Below are positions 17,704 through 26,467 of a stretch of 64,000 bases of DNA, in pieces. The position numbers were made by a program, and so were the translations under genes. How positions within the stretch are numbered: the first letter of the stretch is position 1; each line of letters starts with the position of its first letter. Source of the stretch: an uncultured bacterium (GTDB lineage Bacteria; Patescibacteriota; Minisyncoccia; Phycocordibacterales; CAWITU01); NCBI GenBank assembly GCA_963839205.1, contig CAWITU010000002.1:772-64771 (forward strand). The letters run 5' to 3'. The notes below the pieces were generated by a model. It had not been told where the DNA came from, made no database searches, and was given only the letters and a program-made list of their open reading frames with translations.

Positions 17704-18410
17704 AACTTATATTTTATACTCCCCTCTACAACGCTTTGGTCTTTTTAATCCAGCACGTTCCATCTGCTGACCTTGGGTTTGCAGTGATTGTTTTAACTAT
17801 TTTAGTTCGTTTAATTATTGCTCCACTTAATCTAAATGTTATTAAGACTCAAGTTAAACTTCGAGCGCTTGAACCGGAACTCGCTGCGCTTCGAAAGAAA
17901 TATGAAGGAGACAAAACTAAAGAAGCTGAAGCCCTCTTTGCGTTTTATCGAGAGAATCATGTAAATCCTTTTGGTGGAATTTTACCTCTACTTATTCAAA
18001 CACCAATTCTTATCTCTTTATATTTTATTTTTAGAAGTTCTGGACTTCCCCACATAGATGGAACTCTTTTGTATCCTTTTGTTCATTTACCAAGCATGGT
18101 AAATGTTCAATTTTTGAATATCATCAATATTATTCAAAAAAGCCTTGTTTTAGCGGCTTTTGTGGCTATAACCCAGATTATTCAAGTACGTTTTTCGATT
18201 CCAGCCATGCCAAAAGTTGAGGGAAAATCTTCATTTCAAAACGATTTAGCCAAAAGTATGAATCTTCAGATGAGATACACCTTACCTCTTATGACCGCCT
18301 ATATTTCCTACATAACCTCTGGAGCTGTGGCTCTTTATTTTATAACAAGCAATCTTTTCTCTATAGCCCAAGAAATTTATGTTAGAAAAACTATAAGGAA
18401 GAAGAGCTAG
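17691..18410 (+). CDS. yidC: membrane protein insertase YidC (short Gram-positive type)
   Basis: 239 aa, multi-TM, with FAVIVLTILVRLIIAPL, NPFGGILPLLIQTPILISLY, and conserved rpmH-rnpA-yidC synteny. Confidence 0.9.
   Translation: MYFLKLIFYTPLYNALVFLIQHVPSADLGFAVIVLTILVRLIIAPLNLNVIKTQVKLRALEPELAALRKKYEGDKTKEAEALFAFYRENHVNPFGGILPLLIQTPILISLYFIFRSSGLPHIDGTLLYPFVHLPSMVNVQFLNIINIIQKSLVLAAFVAITQIIQVRFSIPAMPKVEGKSSFQNDLAKSMNLQMRYTLPLMTAYISYITSGAVALYFITSNLFSIAQEIYVRKTIRKKS
17859..17895. repeat. intragenic near-perfect hairpin (9 bp + 1-nt bulge) in yidC
   Basis: TTCGA-GCGC ... GCGCTTCGAA, encoding LRALEPELAALRK. Confidence 0.6.
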
Positions 18411-19718
18411 CATTCAACTGAAGTCCCCAAAGACTCAAATCTCTTTTATTCATGAATGTAAGATAATCTTCTTTGCTATCAAGAGATAGATTGATTGCAT
18501 CAATATCTCCATTAGAAATTTGTCTAAGTGGGGCTAAGTCTTTTGTTACTCCTGTTTTGGTATTAATCATCCAAATAGAATCAGAAAAAGAAACTATCCC
18601 TTGGTACCACTGATCAGGGTATGTTGCCCGTGGTATAGAATCTGGTACAGCACAGTAAACTACGGAGTTATTTAACTGACTCCAAACACATTTTTCCGGA
18701 AGAGTTTTTAATGTAATTGGAGTGGTGTTTTCGTTTGAAATATTTAGTAAGCCAGAATTAAAAGTTTGAGCATCTGTATTGCTGTCAGAATAAAAGCCAA
18801 GTTTTAAATCTGGTGAAACTGACATGGTCAGTCCAGCGATATCCCCAAGAATTTTATTTAATGAATTTGTTTGGGTATTGAAAAGATATGAATAGCCATT
18901 TACTCCACCAGAGGCTTTCGTTGTAAATACTAATGTATTAGTCGATGGCCATAGAACCTGCCACTCATTTATGGGTGAGCTCCACACAGGACTCTGTTTG
19001 GTACCATCAACATTAGCTATAACCCCAGCACCTGAAGATTTAAAAAGGAAGAAAAACTTATTTTGTAGAGGAGATGGAACTATTTCTGATATGTCTTTTG
19101 AAAGAAGAGAGGCCGTTAGAGTATCAAAACTTGTTGTAGCGGTTGATGTTGAAGTAGGGGGAGCTATAAGGTGGGCATAATAAGTCGAAATGGTGTCTGT
19201 GTCCTCGTTTTCAATTGTCTGGATAAGTAAAGAATTTCCAGTATTATCAAAATAGGCGTTGTAAACTTTCGGGAAGGTTGTGTTTGAAATCCTATCAACT
19301 ACCCAGCTGCTAGTAGCAGTTTCGTATATATTACCAGTGGCTCTATCTATATAACGTATGAATGTCTCAAGATTTTTATGAGTGACTATTTTTGTGCTAC
19401 TAGTTGAGACTGTTGAAGTAGAAATTACGGTTCTATCAATAAATGTCTCTCCCCCAACAGGCGCAGTACTTATTTCGCGAAGGGTTGGTATGGGTGTATT
19501 TATGTTTTGAGTTGAACTTCCTGTTCCAGAATTTCCGAATTTGAGTTTGAGTTTGAGTTTTGGTTTGAACCCGAACTGCCAAGAAACGAATTTGCTGAAT
19601 TTCCATTAAAAGGAGAAGCCACTGATTGTTGTTGAAGATAATAATAAAAACCATATAACCCAAAACCAAGGATGATTATTATTGCAATTGTTATCAATGT
19701 GAGATTACTTTTGGACAT
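18391..19718 (-). pseudogene. membrane-anchored protein with beta-propeller-like C-terminal region; one frameshift next to an NS-repeat
   Basis: The N-terminal TM ORF 19500-19718 continues in another frame (GNSGTGSSTQNINTPIPTLREISTAP...) with no stop through to ORF 18391-18987. The frame change falls at about 19530-19545, beside the (TTTGAG)3 repeat. Confidence 0.7.
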
Positions 19719-19732
19719 GATTATATTTTACA

Positions 19733-20366
19733 CTAATTTGCAGAAGGAGTTCCTATTGTTATTGAACCACTTTGTAAGGGGGGGAATGCATTTGAACTCG
19801 GAGTAATATTTAAACCGGTACCAGATTGATTAGTATTCACATCTAAACCCGTTATATCAAATAAATTTGGACCAAGGGTTGTTCCCGATGGTGTTACAGT
19901 CATATGAATAATTTGATGCATTAGGGGCTAATGGGGCTGTGACAGTTATTGGTGACATCGCTGCGGGTGATGCCGTACTCAGCGCCCCGGTGAGTATCAA
20001 CCGACTGGGGATTGATAGTTGTTTTTAGTATCTTCGGATCAATCGTATACAAAATTAGATACGAACATAAAGCCAAGAGTAGTCCCCACAGAGCTGACTG
20101 AATCCTCTCCTTCCTTCTGACTTCCCCGATATGGCATCTGTAGACATATATTGAATACCTCCAATTACAATCATGATAACCGCTAGACCGCAGGCGACGC
20201 CAAGGCCCGCGTAGAAGACACTGTTCAGGTAGGAGCTAAGGTCGGTTTGAGTATTAGCCGCTTCAGTACCTATAGCTTGGAGGGGTTGATATCCCTGGGC
20301 AAAGCTGGTAGTTGGTAGTAAGAATAGGATGTTTGATATTAAAAATAAGATATATTTTTTAATCAT
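19733..20366 (-). pseudogene. T4SS pilin-like protein, paralogue 1 (frameshifted)
   Basis: Signal peptide MIKKYILFLISNILFLLPTTSFAQG plus the shared core LSSYLNSVFYAGLGVACGLAVIMIVIGGIQYMSTDAISGK. After GKSEG the paralogous sequence (KERIQSALWGLLLALCSYLILYTIDP) continues in another frame. The tail ORF is 19733-19921. Confidence 0.65.
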
Positions 20367-21086
20367 ATTTATTACTAATTGACAGTAATCGTTAAACTAC
20401 CTGATTTAGAACTGTTTCCATTACCAGGCGACCAGGCTCCTATAGCCTGTTGCTGCCGCCAGAGAAATTTCTCCATATGCAGGACCGTGGTCTCCGACGA
20501 TTGCATTTACAGACAGCCCTGTCGCGCTGTTAGTTATAGTTACTGGGGTACCTAAAGGTATTGAACTATCGCTTGGTACAACAATATAATAACTAGTATT
20601 AGCATCTAGACCACCAAGAGAGGTTGCTGATTGATATGTTGGGTCATTAAATGGGGGTGGGTTTGTTCCGTCAGTATCGATAGCTATCCCGTTAGTTGTT
20701 ATAACAGTCTGTGGATTACCATCTGGACCATCAACTGTTTCATAAGTACCACCGCTTCCAGCGTAATTAATTCCATCTACATTTGTTACGCCCGGATTAT
20801 ACGGCGGTGCCGATGTATTCAATGTACCCGAGGTGTCTGTAGATTGAAGAGTCAAAGTCGTATTCAATATCGTCGGATCAATCGTATACAAAATTAGATA
20901 CGAACACAAAGCCAAGAGTAGTCCCCACAAAGCTGACTGAATCCTTTCCTTTCCCTCCTCTTTCCCCGATATGGCATCAGTAGACATATATTGAATACCT
21001 CCAATTACAATCATGATAACCGCTAACCCGCAAGCGACGCCAAGGCCCGCGTAGAAGACACTGTTCAGGTAGGAGCTAAGGTCGGT
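20034..21086. repeat. ~213-bp direct repeat (20034-20246 and 20873-21086), the duplicated pilin core
   Basis: The two copies are near-identical by eye and differ by a few substitutions. A 1-nt length difference in the CT-rich stretch causes the frameshift in copy 1. Confidence 0.85.
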
Positions 21087-21170
21087 GGTTGAAACGGATG
21101 CAGGCTCAGTGCCTATTTGTTGGAGTACTGTATAGTTTTGGGCTAACAATATTGTAAAAATAGGAAACAT
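20421..21170 (-). CDS. T4SS pilin-like N-terminal domain fused to a secreted GH75/RlpA-like hydrolase-type C-terminal domain
   Basis: Two TM helices as in TrbC/VirB2-type pilins. The C-terminus has IAIDTDG ... YYIVVP ... GTPVTITNSATGLSVNAIVGDHGPAYGEISLAAA, resembling the GH75 chitosanase D.DG / GE.S..A pattern or DPBB lytic domains. Confidence 0.6.
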   Translation of the reverse strand: MFPIFTILLAQNYTVLQQIGTEPASVSTTDLSSYLNSVFYAGLGVACGLAVIMIVIGGIQYMSTDAISGKEEGKERIQSALWGLLLALCSYLILYTIDPTILNTTLTLQSTDTSGTLNTSAPPYNPGVTNVDGINYAGSGGTYETVDGPDGNPQTVITTNGIAIDTDGTNPPPFNDPTYQSATSLGGLDANTSYYIVVPSDSSIPLGTPVTITNSATGLSVNAIVGDHGPAYGEISLAAATGYRSLVAW

Positions 21171-21191
21171 TAGAAGAAGTTTTTGACTTGG

Positions 21192-22216
21192 TTAAATGTG
21201 AGTGAAAATTGGTTTGAAGCACTTTCTAGAAAATTGGAAACGCTCCCTAAGGCATAGAGATATGGAAGCATTTCCGTTTTGGTTATTTTGATTTCTAAAA
21301 ATCATTTCATCTTGAGAAGTTGGAACAGAGATATTGCTTCCATTAAGTTGCCATGTATAGGTAATATCTGGGTCAGTCCTTGTGAGTATTACCAAAAAAA
21401 TAAGGAAAAGCTTCGAACTTTACTTCTTGATCTCCAAGATTGTAGGAATTATTTATAGCTTTATTAAATAAAATTCCATATAAAGGATTGTCTTCATAAA
21501 CCAAAGCTTGCTCCGGCGAAGTTCCTAAAGTGATAAATTTTGAAGCTGATAGAGAACCATCGGTAGAAGTGACATCAACTCGGATAAGTATAGGATTAAT
21601 TATAATGAGTTCCTTGGACAGTTAAAACATTTTTTCCATAGCCTGATTTATCTCCCAATACCGTAGTATCTTGGCTCCAAGTATAAATTAGTTTTTTTGG
21701 ATTCACTGGATTTCCATTTGAATCAATAAAACCAGGCATCGCCACAAAAGAAACAGTACCTACTGGAGGGAAAAGTGCTTTCCCTTCATAGAAAGGTGGC
21801 ACATAAGAATTGGCTTGCCAGATAATATCTAAATCTTCTGGAGTAATTGGGATATCTTTGGTCACAGAAGTTACCATCAGGGGTCTGTATTTGAGCAGAT
21901 ACATCACTTAATTGACCTTTACCGCCAACAGTAAAGGTGTAAGTCTTATCTCCTATTCCCGTTTGAACAACTTTTCCATTAACTGACCAAGTTATAGATG
22001 AAGAATCAATATTGGATGTATAGTCTGCCAAGGCAATTGTGACAGTATCGTATGGGGCAGGTATTTCTGGGTCAGTAGTGACAGTTACTTCCACCTTGAG
22101 AAAGTTGTGGAAATTGCTATCGATAAAGCTTGGTCAGTAGAATTAGTTGATTGAGCGAAGGAAAGACTTGGAATAAATATTAAGGTAAATACTATAAGAG
22201 ACAAGCCTTTTTTCAT
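21192..22216 (-). pseudogene. secreted repeat (Ig/PKD-like) protein, multiply frameshifted
   Basis: Signal peptide MKKGLSLIVFTLIFIPSLSFAQ at 22216. The fragments 21786-22094, 21596-21907 and 21192-21395 join only by frame changes (for example VSAQIQTPDGNF|VTKDIPITPEDL). Confidence 0.6.
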
Positions 22217-22223
22217 GTCTTTA

Positions 22224-22706
22224 TTATACAACGTCTTCACCCATGGCTCTAGCAGCCTTATCCATGTTTTTCTTTAATATTTTTCCAACTAAAGATTTTT
22301 TCAGAGCCTCTTCTTCAAGCTTAGTGAATAGAACAACCAAACCTATATCTAATGTCCAAAGTGATATTATACCTCCTGTTAATACTTCAATAGCAAAACC
22401 ACCAAAAAATGAAACAGCAGTTCTTGTGCCTGATAAATTTATTCCTCGCATTTTAAAAAAAATATAAAAGAGGAATTCCGCTGACCAATCAATCGCTTCA
22501 TTAGCAATTTCACCCAAAACATATTCACCAGCCAATGCATCAATACTGTATTCTAAAACATCAAGACAAACACAAACAACCATTAAAGGTATCCAAACAC
22601 TGTTTGGTAATTTGCTGTCAGGTAATTTAGTTTGTCTTTTATTTTCTAGATCCTGTCTTTTTTGCCAGGAGGGATTTTCTTTTAATTCTGGCGATTCGTA
22701 AGCCAT
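22224..22706 (-). CDS. integral membrane protein (160 aa), island-encoded
   Basis: Intact ORF with 3-4 hydrophobic helices, tightly packed between virB4 and the secreted-protein gene. Confidence 0.6.
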   Translation of the reverse strand: MAYESPELKENPSWQKRQDLENKRQTKLPDSKLPNSVWIPLMVVCVCLDVLEYSIDALAGEYVLGEIANEAIDWSAEFLFYIFFKMRGINLSGTRTAVSFFGGFAIEVLTGGIISLWTLDIGLVVLFTKLEEEALKKSLVGKILKKNMDKAARAMGEDVV

Positions 22707-22710
22707 GAAA

Positions 22711-24555
22711 TTATTTGTTTAAATCTTTCTGCTCATTTTCTAATTTAGTTTGTTTGAAAGCTAGTATTTGGTGTGGATCAGAAGTAATAATTTGATCTTC
22801 AGTATAGGAAGCAATAATTTTGATGGCGACATGTTTTAGACCAGCAAAGAATATTCCCTCTCCTACATCTGATTCAAGAAGAAGATATTTTTCTTCATCT
22901 GTTAGGTTAAAGGTTCTTTGAACTTCATCAATTGAAGATGGGGATTGTTTAAGTAGAATTTGAATTGAGGAGTTTGTAATAATTGGAAGACCATATGGAG
23001 ATTTTAGGAAGTCCTCAACGTCTTGAGTAATTGTGGCGAGCCCCAAATAATATTTTCTTCCTCTTTTTGCAAGGCTCAAAAGAAATGAGGCAGTATCTTC
23101 TGATTTCATCATCCACCAAGCTTCATCAATAACAAGTAATCTTTTTTTCAATTCTTTTCTAATAGCATTCCAAATAAAATGCATGACGATGTACATGGCA
23201 ATTGGTTTTAATTCATCTTCCATATCACGAACTGAAAAGACTACGAATTTTTTGTTGATATCCACGTTTGTTGGCCTATTGATGAAACCAGCCCAAGTTC
23301 CTTTTGTATATTTTTCTAAACGTTGTACCAATGATTCCCCTCCTTCCATTCCAGCTAGAACTAATTCAAAGTCGGACATAAGTGGTGGTGCAACCTCAGC
23401 AAAATTTGATTCTGGAGTAATGTCTTTTAGAGCATATGTTTCGGTAATAGCTCGGTCAACAATTGAATCTTCTTCAGGAGTTAAGTCCTCCTAACATGAT
23501 TCGGAATAGACCAACCAGGTTAACAATGTTTGAGCGCAAAACATCGGCGGGCGATTCGTCTTCTCTGGCAGTAGGTAGGTCAAACGGATTAATGTGGTGT
23601 TCGGAGGTAAGCGAAATATTGAAGTATCGCCCGCCGGCTGCTTCAGCAAGATATTCGTATTCTTTTTCTGGGTCAATGACAATAACATCAGTATCAAACA
23701 TGAGAGATCGTAAAATTTCTAGTTTGGTTGCGTATGATTTACCAGATCCAGCTTTAGCAAAAGTCACAGAGTTGTAGTTTTCCAAGAGAAAATCTATCAA
23801 AAAGAATTAAACTTGAATTGTGTCGGTTAACTCCGTAAAGAATTCCTTTGTCGGATGTAAGGTCAAATGAAGTAAAAGGAAAAATACTAGAAAGTGGTGA
23901 AGAATTTAGTTTTGAATGCACATCCAAGCTCATCTGATGCAATTGGCATAACACTTCTAAAACCTTGTTCTTGTTGAAAAAGAGCTGGTTTTACATAAAC
24001 TAATTTAGCTTCAAGAATTGATTTGATTTCAGATTCAATTTTATCAAGTTCTCCTTGGCTGTCAGCATAAACAGAAATATATAATCCAACATCAAAGATT
24101 CTCTCTTGGGCTTGTTGTAAATCGTCTCGAAGTTTTTCAAGATCTTGGTAAGCAGTGTCTAATACGGGATCTCTAACTAACCCCTTCTCTTCTCTCATAT
24201 GAATTTGACTTTGAACTTCAGCCACTTTCTTTTGAAATTGTCGAAGAATTGTCGCTGTATCAATTGGATGAATGAATATAGAAATATCAAAGATTTTATC
24301 AAGATTGATTATTGGAGCAAACCAGCTTTCTGATAGAAATCTTGGGTATGAAATGATAAAAAATGTTCTGACAATTTTATCTCCAAAACTAAGTTCTCTA
24401 GGAGTAATCTTTAATGCCGATGGAGCAATAATATCTTTCAATTCCAAAATACCTGCATCATAAATATCCTGTGGAAGAATAGAGGTTATTGGTGTAGTTT
24501 TGGACTCTTGTTTTTTAAAAAAATCGCTTATTTTCATATTATTGGTTTTGATCAA
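22711..24555 (-). pseudogene. virB4: VirB4/TrbE/PrgJ-like type IV secretion ATPase, split into 4 frames
   Basis: Four fragments. 23887-24555 is the VirB4 middle domain (YPRFLSESWFAPIINL). 23754-23954 reads FPFTSFDL..ILYGVNRHNSSLILFDRF. 23474-23800 carries Walker A AKAGSGKSY. 22711-23379 plus upstream carries Walker B LLVIDEAWWMM and ATITQD. Three frame changes are needed. Confidence 0.85.
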
Positions 24556-25198
24556 GCGGGATAGGTTTATCTACATCCCCTGGATTAAATATTTTATAAT
24601 AGAGTTCAACTAGTTCTTCTGTACCAAGCTCAACAACTCTAATTCCACAACGAACTAGTCCTTGTTCAACAACGCTAATTCTTTGATCAAGTTGAGTTTT
24701 ATTATCGTCAAAATTTTGGTTTTTTTCATCTGCTTCAGATTTCTTATCTTTTTTCTTGAACAAACTAGCTCCAGGAATTTGAGAGGTGTTTTGGAGGGCT
24801 GCTGGAGAATATGGTACGACAATGAAAAAACTTTTAGTCATAATATTGACGGTTTCAGTGAAACTTTTGATGAATTCAATATATTCTTTGATTTGAATTT
24901 TCATCAAATCCCCCATTTGTTCCTTCTGTCTTTCTTCAAGAAGAGCGATGTATGGGCGAATATCTAATCTTCTTGATTCAACAAAAATTTGAATTGAAAA
25001 ATTAAGAGAGTTTAGAAAATTTTGAAATTGTAGAATAATTCCTTGCTGTTCATCCGAGCTTTTTAGAGCAAAGTTTAAAGATGAAGCCATGACTATTGCT
25101 CTAAGCGAATTATCTTTCATCACAACTACCCCATCATGTATTTCTTTGATGGGAATAAAGTCTTGGGTTGCTTTTGAAGTTTGAGCGGCTGTGGCCAT
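24539..25198 (-). CDS. VirB4 N-terminal-domain-like protein (possibly the 5' part of the same disrupted virB4)
   Basis: DFIPIKEIHDGVVVMKDNSLRAIVMASSLNFALKSSDEQQGIILQFQNFLNSL is the typical N-terminus of Gram-positive VirB4 homologues. It overlaps the next ORF by 17 nt. If joined, the ATPase would be about 830 aa. The likely start is the ATG at 25198. Confidence 0.6.
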   Translation of the reverse strand: MATAAQTSKATQDFIPIKEIHDGVVVMKDNSLRAIVMASSLNFALKSSDEQQGIILQFQNFLNSLNFSIQIFVESRRLDIRPYIALLEERQKEQMGDLMKIQIKEYIEFIKSFTETVNIMTKSFFIVVPYSPAALQNTSQIPGASLFKKKDKKSEADEKNQNFDDNKTQLDQRISVVEQGLVRCGIRVVELGTEELVELYYKIFNPGDVDKPIPLDQNQ

Positions 25199-25408
25199 AT
25201 TTAAATAATTATAACCTATTTGTGCTTCGTGGAATTGGTGCAACTTCTTTTGAGTAGGCTGTTTCGTTAATATCCAGACTCCAACTTAAATCTTTTAATT
25301 TACTTTCAGAAAGTTTTGGTACAGCGATATTAGCATTTCCAGCCAAACCACTTTGTTGGGTGTTTGCCTCGGGCTTTCTTTTCAGATTTTTTCCAAAGAT
25401 AGAGTTTG

Positions 25409-25660
25409 CTACCCAAGAAAATATTTAACCCCAGCCTCTAGAACCTCAATAAAAGGTTTACTATTAATTTTGTACATTGCGAGAGCAACACCAAAAGCTA
25501 CTGCAACAGCCATAAATGGAATGGCTAATATAAGTGGTAAGAATTTGTAGAAAATAAAAGCTAGGCCTACACCGCCACCTAAATAAATGAATTGTTTGAA
25601 GGTAAAGGGACCAAAAATCTTATCTTCAACTTCAATAAATTGAGGAACTTGGTATCTCAC
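25409..25660 (-). CDS. PrgI/VirB3-like small membrane protein
   Basis: MRYQVPQFIEVEDKIFGPFTFKQFIYLGG followed by two TM helices matches the PrgI family pattern. A plausible C-terminal continuation (SKLYLWKK...) lies in other frames down to about 25216. Confidence 0.7.
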   Translation of the reverse strand: MRYQVPQFIEVEDKIFGPFTFKQFIYLGGGVGLAFIFYKFLPLILAIPFMAVAVAFGVALAMYKINSKPFIEVLEAGVKYFLG

Positions 25661-25678
25661 CTTTTAAGTATATCACTT

Positions 25679-26464
25679 TTAATTCATTGGCTCCCTGTAG
25701 GGATCAACAGTGTATGATTTTGTAGATGGTTCTGCGTTTGGTTTAACAACAATTTCTTCTTTAGCAGAGCTAACAATCGAATTTAGTTTATTTTGAACAA
25801 TACCTATTGTTTTCACGTTATCTTTGGCTGGAGTTCCTGTCTGTATAGGAGTAGTAGCATTAATCTCTGGTGGTAGTTTAATTGGGGCATTAATTTCAGT
25901 GATAACATCTTGAGGAAGAGCCTCAACTTTCGGTTTTGTTTCAGGTTGGTTGTCCAGTACATTTATTGATGGTGTGGCTATCGGTGGGATGATTGGTTTT
26001 GTCTCTTGAGTAATTGGGTGAATAGTCTCAGTTGGGTTCTCTATCTCATTTAGTATTTGTTCTGGAGTTGGATTTGCTTCAGGAACTTTGTTTTCGGCAG
26101 GAATTGGGTTGATTTGTGTTGGTGGAACAACATTTTCATTGTCATTTTTGTATACTTCTTCAAGATATTGTCTAATTGGGACGAAGATTTTTAAATTTAT
26201 TTCCTCAGTAATTTGATTAGCTTGAATAGGGTTTATTTTTAAATTGTCCTGTAAGTTTCTGGCATAGTTATCTGGGCTTTCCAAACCAAGCATCACCAAC
26301 AAAGTTTCGTCCTCTAATAATGCCCCTTGATCAATGTGTAATTTCTTTTCCTTAACAATTTCCTGAAGAGTCGGTCGTAGGTTCGATGAAGTAATTGCAT
26401 CCTGTAGACCCTTTGGTAATGACGAGAATCTCTCTTCTATTTTGTTTTTTACGTTTTGATCCAT
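25679..26464 (-). CDS. hypothetical protein with Pro/Thr/Ile-rich C-terminal half
   Basis: Intact 261-aa ORF in the island operon. No family recognised. Confidence 0.55.
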   Translation of the reverse strand: MDQNVKNKIEERFSSLPKGLQDAITSSNLRPTLQEIVKEKKLHIDQGALLEDETLLVMLGLESPDNYARNLQDNLKINPIQANQITEEINLKIFVPIRQYLEEVYKNDNENVVPPTQINPIPAENKVPEANPTPEQILNEIENPTETIHPITQETKPIIPPIATPSINVLDNQPETKPKVEALPQDVITEINAPIKLPPEINATTPIQTGTPAKDNVKTIGIVQNKLNSIVSSAKEEIVVKPNAEPSTKSYTVDPYREPMN

Positions 26465-26467
26465 TGT

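Noticed and set aside
20034-21086. Repeated ~213-bp units considered as a CRISPR-like or satellite array
   Set aside because: There are only two copies, 840 bp apart, and both are coding (the duplicated pilin core). No short regular repeat-spacer pattern exists anywhere in the window.
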